Positions 24,524 to 38,717 of a DNA stretch of 64,000 nucleotides are shown here, piece by piece. The notes under the pieces were generated by a model that ran no database searches, was not told the origin of the DNA, and was given only the letters and a program-made list of their open reading frames with translations. Made by a program: the position numbers and the translations under genes. Source of the stretch: Balanoglossus misakiensis (lineage: Eukaryota; Animalia; Hemichordata); contig CM082577.2 of the NCBI GenBank assembly GCA_040954595.2, positions 8,891,846 to 8,955,845 on the forward strand. Reading direction: 5' to 3'. Position 1 is the stretch's first letter. Each line of letters begins with the position of its first letter.

Positions 24524-25326
24524 GGCTGCATTCACAAACACCTCTGGAGGGGGGGGCGGGAGAATTCAATTTTTTTTACTGCTAATTTTCACATGCCCCC
24601 CTTCCGAACTGCCAATATTTTCAAATCCCCCCCTTCCGAACTGCCAAAATTTTGAAATCCCCCCCCCCCCATTTTCTTTGACAGAGCAAAACACATCACC
24701 TATCTATCTTGTAAAAAGAAAAACAGCGCTCCCATGAAAAGAATTTGAAACTGATGTTTCCCCTCATCAGTGGGTATTAAAACTGAACATTGTTTTTATT
24801 TTTTAAGTACATATATTTGTATTCTGTGTTGGGAGACATTGTAAACCGAGAATTGAAGGGGGTGGGTTTGGGAGGGGGTGTCCCCCTCCCACGTAAGAAA
24901 ATTTTCTAAAATACAGAGCTCAAAGCTGCATTTTAATGAACCCGGCAAAAGCAAATTAACTCAACTACCGGTATGTTGGGGAGGACAAATTTAACCGTCG
25001 CCGCTCAAAGTTATCATGGGGTGGGGCAAGTCCCCTGACCTGGGACACTAGATAAACCAGTCAATGATTGAAAGGTGTTGATGAATGGAGGGGGTGGGTG
25101 TGGGAGGGGGTGTCCCCCTCCCACATTAGAAAATTTTGTAAAATAAAGGGCGCGAAACTGCATTTTTGTGGACTCAAAATAAATATTTAGTCGTTAAAGT
25201 TTTCAAGTCCCCCCCTTTCAGTCCCTAAATTATTTCAAATCCCCCCCCTTACATACCCTCAATTTTTTCAAATCCCCCCCCTCAATTCTCCTGCCCCCCC
25301 CTCCAGAGGTGTTTGTGAATGCAGCC
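24524..25326. mobile_element. PIF/Harbinger-type MITE A, 803 bp
   Basis: ~43-bp TIRs GGCTGCATTCACAAACACCTCTGGAGGGGGGGGC.GGAGAATT with TTA target-site duplication at 24521-24523 and 25327-25329. Internal repeats include two GGGAGGGGG-TGT-CCCCCTCCC hairpins and a duplicated CCCCCTTCCGAACTGCCAA unit. Confidence 0.9.
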
Positions 25327-27841
25327 TTAATTAAAACATCAGAAAGGAGAGTATTTTTTCCATTTTAAATCATACTGTCCAATACATTAACTCTTCTTCA
25401 GCCTAACTGTTGACCCCCCCCGGATCTTGTCCTGTGTATTGACTGAGGTGACGTGTTCAACTGCTGAAAGAATGCTCAGAGTTGCCCTGGTACTTAATTT
25501 CTCAACACACCCCGTTGTGTGTAAAGTCAGCGTTGCTTTTATAATGGACTTGATTTCGAGTTGTCAATAATAACAATGTTCGTTACTTATATAGATATAG
25601 AGAGCTGAGACTGTGTTGATGAGCGGAATCGTTTTGCTTTAGGGAGTAGAACAAGAAACTGCAGCTGATACAGAGAACATGAAAGTGGCCAAGACTTACA
25701 GGTAATGGACCTTCATAGGTTTTGAATCAACAAAGGTCCTCTTGACTTCAGAATACCGTTCTGTTTTGATGCGCGCTTGACGTTCTCGGGATTGATTATT
25801 TAGTGTCACGGTACTAGTAATTCACACAACCAATGCTTTCAGGTGAGATTTCAAACGTAAACTGTCCGCGATCGTTAAACGTCGGCCACTTCAAAGGGAT
25901 TAAAACAACGATTTTTCCATATTACTGTTTCGAGATCACTCTTGTTTGACAGTTGTCCGATAAAAGGTAGTAACGCGACCGAATAAAAACCGGAGCAGAC
26001 GATGAGTGAGTGGCGGGAATGAACTTGTACTGCCGAACAATCAAATCTCTTCAGTCCCTGTTCACCAAATCTGAATCACCCTTGGATCTCAAGGAATGGA
26101 TTTCATTTAATGTCACGATTTTTGAACACATAGCTTTTGGGACCTTTAAAACTGTTCAGATGTTTACAACAAATATGCAAAATCAAGAAATTCGTTCAGG
26201 GTACGGTCATTTCGTCAGCGCTTTCGTAGATGTCACGCACACCCTGTCCACCGGGTTCAACACAATAAACAACCCGACAAAATAAAACGTCATTATCCGT
26301 TTCCCCGGATTTGACAGTTTGCTGGTTTGCTGTAAAGTAACCGTGTTCCATCGTTGTAACTGACGACCTGTTGACTGACGGCAATATCTCATATCTTACA
26401 GTAGTGTCACTGGACATAAAAATGATGCTGGCGGAACCGTTTCATATTGATTCAATCGGGTTTTGTCGTCACTGTGGCCGAAATATAATTTTGTTGTTGT
26501 TGTTGTTGTTGTTGTTCCAAAAGTAGAATTTCCTCCATGTACCCCAAATATCAAATGGGCAACCCCTACTTCCATCCTTTTACAAATTATGTTGTACCTG
26601 TCAAATTTTTACCATCGTTTCCCTCATAAAAAGGGACTCATACTACAGAGTGGTTAAAGTCGAAGTTTTACGAAATTGATTTGAATTCATTAAAGGACAG
26701 ATTTATCTTAAAATGTTACCTTCATCTCCCGGCAAAGCTCAGTACAGCCACTACACAATAATTTCCAATGCTTGCTAACAACCATCCTCAAAAAATTGGT
26801 TGATTGACTGCCCTGGGTGTGATCGTTCTGGCTTTCAAGTCCGGACTTCAATTTCAACAAAAGATTCCAAGCTACACACGCGGCACTTGTTGATAGGGTT
26901 ACATACGGGCGATTCGTTGTGCTCGAGTATTTGATCGAGAGAAATTCAGTTGATATACAAAACAAACACACACCGAGAGCTACAGCTAATGGAACTATGA
27001 TGGATTGTCATTTCAGGTCTTTCATGTGACGAAAAATAATATTCAAATATCACTCTTGGCTTCATAATCCGTTGTTGATTTCGTTCGCTTTTACCGCATC
27101 GATCATACCTTATACCTTGAGCAACCCGCCGTTCAAAGAAGAGTCTACCCCCACTCTAGTCCCGTTCCCCCCTCCGGCCTTACAGGATCAGGAGCATCTC
27201 TCGTAGAAGTCGAGGATTAAGGTTGGGGGAGATAGCTAGGGGAGATATGAACTTATTACTGCATGCAAACGTACCAAGTTTTAGTGACTTGAGATTCGCT
27301 AGGGAAAGTTAGGACTTGGGAGGGAATTTGTGAACTTTTGACACTGAAATGCAATCTGAAGTGACAGCATTTTTTCAACAGAACGTGTCTTGTTTGCCTC
27401 GACAGACCCCTTTGAGCTCATATCGTGTAATATTTCATAATTATTTGATATATAACTCAATTTTCCATGTTCTGACACGAGCGTATTAATCAACGTGCAG
27501 CTGTCTGTAGGGCTTAGAATATAAAAAATTACGTAAACTAACGTCAAATCACGGTCGATTGTTTGATTGTCCGCAGTATCTAATATTAAAGTGATTTAAT
27601 ATTTATTTATGAATGTTCCTGCCATCGGCTATGGAGTGGCATTCTTTGGCAGGTGTCCCTTCGTTCGGTCATACGCGGGTTAAATTTCTCAAATGTCGAG
27701 TAAAATCATGAAAAGAATCAGTTTCTCATGTGATCTCATTGTGGTGCACTGGTTTCTAACCTACGGACATCAATATATGGACGAGATACGTTTGGCACAT
27801 ATCTGATTTAAAATACTGGATTTTTTTCCAAGGTAAATTAA

Positions 27842-27874
27842 AGGGGCACAGTCAAAAGTGAACGATTGTCCCCC
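27842..27874. mobile_element. Minimal TTAA-flanked inverted-repeat remnant (Kolobok/piggyBac-like)
   Basis: TTAA|AGGGGCACAGTC...GATTGTCCCCC|TTAA. Confidence 0.35.
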
Positions 27875-29874
27875 TTAACAACAAGTTACTATGCCAACGC
27901 TTCATTTAAATGACACCATGTATTTCTATACTTTCTTTTGTAAATATTATATTTTGATTTTTTTTGTACATAGGATAGAAAACTCGAGAGTAGTCGCTTT
28001 TAATTAAAACCTCTCTTCGTTTTTAAAAACGTAGACCTAAGTATTTTAAATGCTCATTCCCACCACTAAACATACTGCTGCAGTGACGTGCCACGTTGCC
28101 AGTTTAGACAAATTCGAAATAACGCGCTGAGTTTTACTGATGAAATCCAAATCACGATCTTTCAAATAAATCGGACAGATACACATCAAGAATGACTCTC
28201 ATTAAACACTGTGCCAAGTTTTTTTTACCCGGGAACTATAAACATAATGTACAAGAGATACAGAGAGTTTCGCTGTCCAAGCGCTCAAAATGCTGTCTTC
28301 AGTTGATCGAGTCAGGAAACACTTCCATTCTCCCTTCTCTGTGATAATCCTCCCATGCGCCTAGCTTATCTGACTGTGTCCCGACAGAAACGGTTTTTAT
28401 GGATACTATCAGCGCTGTCAAATTAATGTTTGAAAAATTGGACTTCACTTCCCACCATATGTTTTAACGGTGGTGTGAAGTACTGCGAAAATGCCCTCAA
28501 CTCCATGATAGACGGCGGGTGCTCTCCATGGTTGCTAGCAAATATTGGTTATTCTTTCACGGCTCGTGGTTGTTTATACGTGGCGTTGTCCGGGTGTACG
28601 GCCGGGGTGCGGGAGCGTGCTAGGCGAGGCCCGATGACCGCCGGTTGTATATTCGAAAATGATTGCTTGCAGAGGTTTAAAGTATTAACAGTTCACGACA
28701 GAAATCGACATTTTAGTAGCACGACACTCGACGCTTTTTTAGAAACCGAAATCCCCGCCATGAATTCGCCGCGGACGACCCGCGTGTGGTGTTTCGCGAA
28801 GCAGGCGCTCGCTCTCGCTTGAGTTGACTTGTGTTTTCAATTCGAATTCGAACTGTTTTTGTTTTCTGTTTGGTCAAGGATTACCGTAATTGAGAGACCT
28901 GGCGTCTCTATATCAGCCTCGCTTCAAGAGTTCACATATGGTGTCTAGCCCGTACACTTGACCCGGTCTTGTCAAGTTTCGCAGTATCTGGGAAGTTATA
29001 AATTACCGGTTGACTCAGGATATGCACAGTCCATGCATCGCTGTGAGCCTTCGACAGTGGTTGGTTGACCACCAACAAACATGGATTCCTGTTTAACACT
29101 GGTCTAATATAAACATAACCCACCCGCTCCCCGCCCCGCCCGGCAATGATCAATCCAGTTTGTTTTTAGATTTTGCGCGATATTTCAAATCAAGAAAAAA
29201 TACAACACATATAGGGCGTTACTGCATGATTAGTGTATGGCAATCATCGGGGATATGTTGCTCGGTTCTTGTTATATTTTTTGAGAATCAAACTCTTGTA
29301 TTGAGCTGCAACGATTGTGACAATGATGGAATGGTCTCCCAGAAATCGCACGGCAATGATTGGGGAACTACAGCCCGAGCGGGACTATAAAACAACGTCA
29401 CCCCTTTCAGTCTTCTAACAGTGGGCAGATATTCTTCTTTCGACAAGATCTAAGAACGATTAACAAGTGATTGAAGTTTTTTTTCTGAAACCACAATTTT
29501 TGTACGTAAAAGTTCCTACCAAGGCTAAAATAATATTTACTTGAGGGAGTTAATTCACTGGTTGGCTGACCGTCATTATTCTATCAGATCATGAAAACCG
29601 TCAGAGTTAAACCTCGTTTCAATTGGTGCAGCCGCTGCGAATATTGACCTACAAGGGCCAATTTTGATTTTTTTACTCCGTGTCTCATGGTCCGACTGAC
29701 CGAGGCATGTTATGCCTTCTAATTTTGGTATGCATGTAACCAATACGTCAGAGCAACATTTATTTCTAAACGTTCCCACACATTGTGTTCATACTACAAA
29801 GCTGCAGGATTTAGTTTGATTACAAATGTTAATCTTTAAAGTACTATTTTATAATTTACCTTTTTTTTAATTTT

Positions 29875-29906
29875 CCGACCGACCGACCGACCGACCGACC
29901 GACCGA
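29875..29906. repeat. (CCGA)n tetranucleotide repeat
   Basis: About 8 units, directly visible. Confidence 0.9.
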
Positions 29907-32900
29907 TCATGACTAGAGGCTGACGATGAGAAACAGGTGAAAATAGAGGTCGCCCTAAACTTATCTACCAAAGTGGGTGGAAAACTCTTCTTTAGAGTTC
30001 CTCTGCGTACAACTCAAACATCTTGAAGGTGTAACCTTGAGATAAAAAAATGCACCTTTCATAAAACTTTCTTATCTGGTGTACGATACCAACTTTATGA
30101 CCATTCGTTTTTTTTCTCTCGTGGCTGTTCTTTTAAAGTTTACACAACCTTGAAGGAGCAGAAGGTTGGGTGGTTGTCAGCTGAAATCGAAGAGCGCGTA
30201 AACAATAGGTGAAAATTTTGGCAAACTGGGAGGTACTATATCTTTCAGTAATGTCTTTACAACGTAAAAAGCTCCATGTTTGAGCCATTTAAGACTGTAA
30301 AAACAACAGGCGCCAAATATAGTTACATATGCGAGTCAGTAAGTTCCTCGGTTTAGGCTGAATATTTTATATGCAGAAGAAATATACATTCCCGCTGTAC
30401 ACGGTTCGGTGACCAGACATGCGAGTGACATGCGCCGATATTGAAACACGCGGAATTATTAGTTTGTTAAAAGGATTAACTAAATATACAGTCACTGAAA
30501 CGGAAGTGTCAGATAATGTAGGCCTACACTGGTAGAATTATTTCAGAGCGTGCGCGCATTGCGTGCGTGCACGTCACGCGTGTGTATGTGCGCGCGCGTG
30601 TAATAACAACATTTTGTAGGCATCATTTTCAACGCGTTATGAAAGGACACAATCGCGCCAAAACGACAACTGGTCGGTTGCAACCATTTGTGTGCCCAAT
30701 TCCAACGATGCACCGGCAATGAAGTGCACTCAACATGAATCATCCGGAATGTAGTTGTTGAAAAGTGCCACTCAAGTGCGTCTGGTGCTTGTTTAACTAA
30801 ACTAACTTTCGCTTTGGAGAGGATCGTTCAGACACGGGCAGATCGTTAAACTTGCCTTCCAATACCGCGGCGTCCACGCGTTTTCGGAATTTTATCGGCC
30901 AATAATGAGAAATTGATGCGTAGAACATTGAAAATGGCATTAGGAAATAAGAGATAACGAAAATTGACTGTTTGCCTTGGGGCTTGAACTTGGCAGGTAT
31001 TATTTACTTTGTTATCGGGTTGCAGTTCGCCCTGTTTCATCGGCAGTTTGAAGGACTGGTGTACGTGTCAAAAAAAACACAAGGAACTATTGGCATAGTT
31101 CAACATTGTTAAGTGTACTTGAAAAATCTGCCAAACTACAAAAATTCGTATAGCTATCTATACAGGTATATGTATGAGCTTCAAAACAACCTGATCACCA
31201 ACATGTATACATTGAACTTCATGCTATTTCTCACCTGTGTCAACAGATGACCATAAACGCTTTTGTAACCATAATTTAAATCTCATAGGAAAATGTGCTT
31301 TGAGCGTAAATAGGCAGATTTTCTAAAATTAGTGTCATGGCACGTGTACGAACATAGAAAGTGGTGCGATCTTATATTTCTGAAAGTGGCTCTTGATTAA
31401 GAATGATTTTCTGCAGACGAGAGGTCTTTCGCCAAGTTTGTTGTTAACTTTGAGAAACACAACTCTCAGAAATGCTCTGGGCCTCTCTGCATTCCAACCG
31501 CCAATGCGACAGGGTTTCTAAATGATTTGCCTTCACCCTGGGAGTTCAAGTTCACTTGTCATCCAATCAAACCTTTTCAAGAAATATTCGGGGAAATGCC
31601 AATTTTTTTGTAAAGTTGCTAATTTAACATGGGAATATAAAATGCTCCAAAAATTAGATCTGGCCTCGTTCTTTTTGTACATACTGATGTTCTGTCCACG
31701 ACTCGACCAGTGGAGGAGGTGGGAGAAGGGAGGGGGGGGGGTTTGGCCACTGAAAACGCGGGACAAATCGAGGTCGATTGTAATCGGGACGCGATTAATA
31801 GACCACTTGAGATGACAGAACATTCAGTTTCTGACAAAATTACATCCATACCATCCGAGTGTGTGTAGAAGGCAAATCAATAACAAGCCATAAATATTTT
31901 TAGTCGCCATACAATATAATTGACTTTTTGCCGGTTCTGTTCAAAAAAATCTTGATACAATCCCGAGGTCAGACCATTCTGCAGATAACCCAGGGTCTCG
32001 GGGTCAAGCTAACATTTCGCACCTGGCCCATTGAAGATAATTGATTTTAATCCTTCGTGTTAAACCTTCATTTGTTCAGTTACCGAACTGTTTATCAGAC
32101 ATTTCCTCGAGTTGACAAATGACCGTGTCTGCTTTTCAAGAGAGGTGGTCTCATGGCAACGGACGAACTGTTAACATCAAGCTATGGCTCAATTGGGCCA
32201 AGGATTTTCTACCTATATGCGCCACTGTCTAAGCGTTCAAGTGCACAAATTCTGCGGTCCGCGAAAAGCCACCGTCGTTGTCATTTCGTCCCGGCAATTC
32301 TGTACTTCGATTGTTTTACCTGAGACAACTGGAGTGTATCAGAATGTCCCCCCCCCCCCGTCGTTTCATTGGTAGATTTCGGCCCAGAGTGCACACCCTG
32401 CGTGAGATGCAATACAGCAAAGACACCACGTGACACCTGTTGAGTCTACAAAGCCCCAACTGCTATGTAGGACTGTCCATATTGACAGCAATCAGCAATA
32501 CTCCGTCGGTTTATCAGCATTCATTGGATATCCAAATCACTTATCGTTTTGTCGATTCACCAAAATAGATTACAAAACGCTGTTATAGAGTAATTGATAT
32601 CTGTGGCTTCAGATGATAAGTCCCAATTGCTTCAATACATGGGTATCGGACTGATAACGTCCACGATTTCAACAATCACATTTTTTTACTTACAGCTGAG
32701 ACATTCTCATAATTGATACTGTCGGGAATTTAGGCTTGGGCATAGTGAATGCTAGGGGGAATTTTGCCAGCTTCTTTGAGCACGTGTTGTTGGATTCATA
32801 TGGAAAATAGTCAGCTGTCAGGCCCCTCCCATTGACAGAACTACAGCCTGCAGAGAAAGAATATACAGTAGAAGAGGCTTTGGGGTTTATTTTTTTTTTA

Positions 32901-34288
32901 AAAAAGACCTTTCCATTTTCTGATGTCGTTATTCGGCCACAACTGAAATACGAACTTATCATTTACATCACTGTAGCCCACAGCAACCTCCCCCCATAGG
33001 TGTTAAGGTAAATATGTATCCGAGATAAAATATGACTCTTTACAGGCGAGAACGCGACGACCTATGAGTGTTGAATTTCGGTTTGGGGTTCGGCGAATTC
33101 CATGGTTGTGTATTTCGGGAGCGGGTCGAAATCGCGCCTACTTCAAAGGATTTTTTTTATCACAAGTGCCGCTTGAGAAGGGGGCAACTGAACAACACTA
33201 CAAGTCCAAAATAGGCTTGTTCTTTTCACCTCGGCGCTTCAATTCCGCCGCTTCTCATACCTAAACTTTGGTCCCGCTTCCATGCGGACACCTTTCATAG
33301 CCGCGCCATTGTTCATGCATGCGGCAAAGTTTGACCAGCGCACCTGCATTAACGGCCCGCAAAGGTTACGTCAAGCTATCATGCACCAGGCTGGAAAGGG
33401 GGAAAAAATCACAGCAATCTATACAACTCAGTTTGTTGACACACACCTCCCCAGGTGTACATTACTGTGTATCCGGTGATCGACAGACCCTTCAAGTTTT
33501 TTTTATGTTTGGAATCGTGGTTTTGACTTCCTTGCTACCCCCGATCATAAATTATACATCCAAGCGCTATTTTAGGTTCATTTTCTCACGCTTTAATCAA
33601 TAAGGAGTTTATTCTGAACTTTTTTACGAGCGTGAGGTTGGTGTCTTTCACTTCAACATTTCAGGCGATTCAGCCAATTAATTAAGATAATTATTTATAG
33701 GCCAATTCAGTGTATCAGATAGCGCTACAGCACAAACAGTTTTATGGGCTGTGGGGGGAATGTCGTTCTAGCGTCCGAAGTCGAGTTCGACTACATTGTC
33801 GAGTAAAAATACACATTTCTCTGTTTATGGCCGCTGAAATGGACAAGTGGCTATAGACGCGTGTTCATTTCCCTAAATCCGGGACTCCATCGTCTTTGAA
33901 ATGTGGCAAGTGTTATTGGTTTCTCTGACTGCACCGAGACCCGTTAACTTCGCCAGAGTGTCAAGTGTTACCTTATCCCCAAACAAACTAAGGGATTTCG
34001 CACCCCATAAATCAACTTGTCGACATAACCGGACAGAAATACTGCAATATCTAAGTTAGCGGTGCCTTGCGGTGGTGGCTGGTGTCCGTACTGGGTTCAT
34101 GGACACGTGGTCTACATCGTTCAGGAATTTCCAACAAAAGACGGATCGATATACTTTCAGAGGGGCCTGTCGTACCCAAAGTTAGGAATGTAAAACACTA
34201 CCATCATTCACATATATTATCGTGAGCCACAACCCTACAGCCAGCGTCCACACAAAAATTCTAACGGTTTTCGTTATGGTTCCTCGAG

Positions 34289-35541
34289 ATTTTACCACGG
34301 AATTCTTTTTACTAGCAACAAATGCCAAACTAGCAACACCGGCTTTCTTTGAGGGGGCCACCGGCTTTCTTTGAGGGGGCCCGACACATTATCTCTAAAT
34401 TTGTAACAACGTCACAATTTAGTAGACAAAGAGGCGCCCCCCATCCCTATTGCGCAGTTGAAGTACGTGCGTGTTGAGAGAGACGTGTCGACTCGAACGC
34501 TGCTCTACGAAGCTCGTAGTTACCTTCTTACCGGGACATTTGTACTTGAACGGACTGGGTTCCTCCAACTTCAGGTCGGTAGATTCCTGTGAAGCAGAGA
34601 CGTGAATTTTGCCGTTCCTAGTGCCGCGGGTTGTAGTGTATCCCGTCTGTTGAACTTTTTTTAGAGATTGAGATGAGAATTAGCAGTGTAGGATAGAGAC
34701 GACGTACCAAACTGCCGTGTTGTATTCTGAATTTGTGTTGAAATAAATACGACGGAAGAGTTTGAACGGCATTGCTGTGTGGACTGATAGCCGCCGCTAA
34801 CCTTGCCGCGATCACCCGGCCGCTTGAGAACTTTCTCGACCTACGCATGAACTTGTTGTTTGTGGCAGCAATCGTGACAGGTTACGTTGTTTGAAAAAAA
34901 ACGTTGACGCGTCAATGCGCCCAGCGGCGGACGCCACATGAATTTTTTTCAGATCTGGCTTTTTCAACGTGTTTGTTTGGCGTTCATGATTTAGTATATA
35001 TCCATGTTCTTGTTCTGCTATTTCCCATTCCGAAAACCCCAAAGTTTTAAACGTGTACACTTTGACTAGAAAAGGCCTCAGACACCTTCATATGCTGTCC
35101 GGCAGCCGGGGTGGGATATCCGACTGCGGTGCAGCTCAAAGTGGCGTGGAGCTGGTCATGTTGGGAACAGTGCAGCCGGCCGGTGGATCGACGTCTTACC
35201 CGCCGGCGTGCGGCAATCGGCAAGAACCCATCGGGAGGAACCCAGTCCGTTCAAGCGCAAATGTCCCGGTCAGAACGTAACTACGAGCTTCGTAGAGCAG
35301 CGTTCGAAACGCTAAACAACCCTCGTCGTCCGTGTTCAAGTCAGTCTCCTACCCCTTTATGTTCACGTCTCTCTCTCAACACGCACGTACTTCAACTGCG
35401 CAATTGGGATGGGGGGACGCCTCTTTGTCTAGTACATTGTGACATTGTTACAATTTTAGAGATAACGCGTTGCTGGCATGAAAGAAATACGATGTTGCCA
35501 GTTTGCCGTTTGGTGCTGGTAAAAAGAATTCCGTAGTAAAA
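34289..35541. mobile_element. Foldback/long-TIR element: inverted arms ~34289-34566 and ~35233-35541
   Basis: Long diverged reverse-complement matches, e.g. ttgcgcagttgaagtacgtgcgtgttgagagaga vs tctctctcaacacgcacgtacttcaactgcgcaa and cgctgctctacgaagctcgtagttac vs gtaactacgagcttcgtagagcagcg. The left arm has a 22-bp tandem duplication (34337-34380); the right arm has an extra ~55 bp. Confidence 0.8.
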
Positions 35542-37672
35542 GCTCCATTACCTGTAACTTTTGGCTGCTCTCAGTGTTTTGTTTTGTGTGTCCACTGAAG
35601 CCTGAAGCATGATGAAATGCCCACGTTTTTAGTTTATCGACACAGCATATATGTACAGTCACAACTATTTTTTGAAATTTGAATTCAAGTCCGGACCAGA
35701 ATTCATTCGTCAACAATAGCAATGGTCATTACTCACAGGCAGTTTATGTTGACGGGCAGTGTATTTTAGCATGATATTGGGAGTAGAAGAAGAACTTGGG
35801 TTTAAATACACGCAACGGAAATACAGGAAAAATAGCTGAAACATTCGCGCGCATGATATGACTACAAATCATCGACAAATCTCAAGCTGGTTGACTTTTT
35901 CATGCCCGCCATGTTTTTTTAACACAGTGTGCGAGGTTGGGCTTCAGGGTGACCTGACTGCAGCAGCACAGTCATGTGACCGCCGTACGAACTTTATCGT
36001 CTGCACTGTACAATATGCATCCAAAGACCAAAACACGTTCAATACACGTAGTTCAATAATGTAAAAGCCTAAATATTGACCTGAGAGCTATTTTGTGTGA
36101 ACATACACCAGAACACCAACATACCTGCAAGTGAGGGTTCGAATCCCATCGCAGTCGCCAAAATGTAGTGTTCAGAGCGGCCAAGGGGCGAGAACATGTA
36201 CACACACTGCAGGATGGCTAAACACTGACTGACCAGGATTTTATTCAAATCAACCATTCATATAGTATAGCAACGCACAGGTGTTTTGCCATCACCAGGT
36301 GCAATGGTATGATCATGCAAATACATTAGCCTATGCATATGCATATGCATATAAAGCGTACAATTCAAAAAGTCACGGGTGTTATAGAGATACAAATCAC
36401 TACATCGCCCACCTTCCCGCCCCCAACCAACCAATCGACCAACCTATTTACCTCCTACATACCTAAACTTATATATTCCCCTGTATTAGTTTCTCATGTC
36501 TTTTGACCAATCATTGTAACGCCCCGCAACAAGCACCAAAAGTCCACAGCCAAATATTCCTAACACTATGAAAACAGACAACACGGTTCAAGACACTATT
36601 GCATATAGCAGGATGCGCCTGTAACCAAAGATAAATTATTAAAGCAACCACATGTGTCTATGCAACACGAGAATTTTTATCCATGTTAAATCTTGTCCTT
36701 TTGTGGATGATGCGATTCTCTGTGCCATATTTCAACACTTGACACTCAATAAACCAGTTTATTTTGTAAATTGTTTGTTTTATTGGTGTGTTTAGCCTGT
36801 GGTCGATTGCCTCATGATGTAAAGTACACTGACGAGAGAGCAAGATTTCTTCATGAAACCGTTCACTGTTTCAAAGTTTGGACCTGGTACGCGTCAAAAA
36901 GTACCTATAAAGTTTAACATTATTTTGACGCGATTGTAGCTTCTCACAGATCTCAAAGTGGCTGTCGTGAGCAAATTCACAGAAGGAATTACTCTCCAGG
37001 ACAAATATTTTCACCGTGCTCTATGGACATGTCTCACACATACGAAAATTTTGGAGAGAATACAGTTTCTAAGAAGTGAGGCAGATTGTTGAAGTATAAT
37101 CACATTTTTTATATAATGAGAAACGTAAACTGTATTACTAGATAGACTTGGAGGCGTCCGTCGAGTTAATTTACACGGGATTTATATTTGAGTCTGTTAC
37201 AGCAATCTTTTCTGACACCCAGAGTCAGCCATACAGTGCGGGCGTGCCATTGTATGTTCTAGACTATATCCCGGTGTTATGAGCAATGCTTTGTGAACCA
37301 GAAAACGCAGGCATTATAAAAGGGCACATTTTGGGGCAGACACATAGACACAGTGCAGAAGTTTATCAGGTTTTGACACCTACGCTACCACTCGCCACAC
37401 CCAAGCCTGTCTGTACCTATGAACTGTAACCAAGCTACCCTCCCAAACTGACAGAATTGGCTCTGCCGTGTATAAAAGATAGCACCCGCGGGTCTAGACA
37501 CCAGATGTGCCGTGTTTGACTACACGTTGACACAAATAGAAGGACACCACATCGAACCTAATTACGTTATTTGACGAAGCACACCCTAATGCTTTTACAG
37601 CCTTCCGAGTTGACGTCCAAATCGACGCGTACAGATAGTGGCCATGACAGATTGCGCTGTCTTGGATGATTA

Positions 37673-38717
37673 GGGAGCATTCGTTTTTTACAGGGAGGGG
37701 GGGGCCGGTGGAAATCAGGGGGGGGTTTACTTTTACAAAGCAGTTTTTAGGGGGGGACAAATTTTATAATCAAGGGATTATTATATAGGGACTGAAAGGG
37801 GGGACTTGAAAACTTTGACGGCTAAATATTTATTTTGAGTCCACAAAAATGCAGTTTCGCGTCCTTTATTTTACAAATTTTTCTTACACCCACCCCCTCC
37901 ATTCATCAACACCTTTCAATCATTGACTGGTTTATCTAGTGTCCCAGGTCAGGGGACTTGCCACCACCCCATGATAACTTTGAGCGGCGACGTTAATTTG
38001 CTTTTGCTGGGTTCATTAAAATGCAGCTTACAGCTCTGTATTTTATAAAATTTTCTTACGTCGTGGGAGGGGGACACCCCCTCCCAAACCCACCCCCTTC
38101 AATTCTCGGTTTACAATGTCTCCCAACACAGAATACAAATACTTAAAAAATAAAAACAATGTTCAGTAGACATGTACATGAACAGACATAAATTGACAAC
38201 AGAGAAAAAGATGCTGAAAAAAGACAAACTGAAAATAGTTGAAGCGCACATTGGCCGGAAACTGTGTCAAACAACTCTGGAAAGTCTCAGAGTAAACCAT
38301 GAGAGGGACAAAGAGGAGGATGAGCAGGAGGATGAAGAGGATGACTTGGACGAGGACAGTGAACCAGAAGATGAACATGTAGTGATAGGTGAACTAGGTG
38401 ATTCAGCGGAAAGTGACTCAGAAAGTGATAGCGGCGACACTGAAAATGAACTCTTTCACGTAACAAGATCAGGCAGACAATGCACTACTTGGAAATCAAG
38501 GAACTAGGTTTCATGGTTGATTATGTGGTATGTCGAACATACACCAATATCTGACAAAGTTTGATAAGTTTAATCCGGTGGATAAACTTTTTTTTTTTTG
38601 GGGGGGGGGGGGGGTCACATTTTAGAAAAGTAATTTCCAGGGGGGGTTGCCTTTTACATTTAGTCGGCGACTCAAATTCCACCGGCCCCCCCCTCCCTGT
38701 AAAAAACGAATGCTCCC
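37673..38717. mobile_element. PIF/Harbinger-type non-autonomous element B, 1045 bp, with captured segments
   Basis: ~41-bp TIRs GGGAGCATTCGTTTTTTACAGGGAGGGGGGGGCCGGTGGAA with TTA TSD at 37670-37672 and 38718-38720. Confidence 0.9.
38172..38507 (+). pseudogene. Acidic C-terminal ORF fragment carried inside element B (probably transposon-derived)
   Basis: 111-codon open frame with a D/E/S-rich tract ending VTRSGRQCTTWKSRN*. It starts abruptly at the junction with the MITE A-like segment. Confidence 0.45.

Noticed and set aside
32688-32698. cAG|CT|GTAAGT 2-nt microexon-like pattern on -
   Set aside because: No pyrimidine tract, frame-shifting, and no host gene. An isolated match of this kind is expected by chance.
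36136-36147. tRNA B-box GGTTCGAATCCC
   Set aside because: No A-box or cloverleaf; at most a decayed tRNA-derived SINE remnant.
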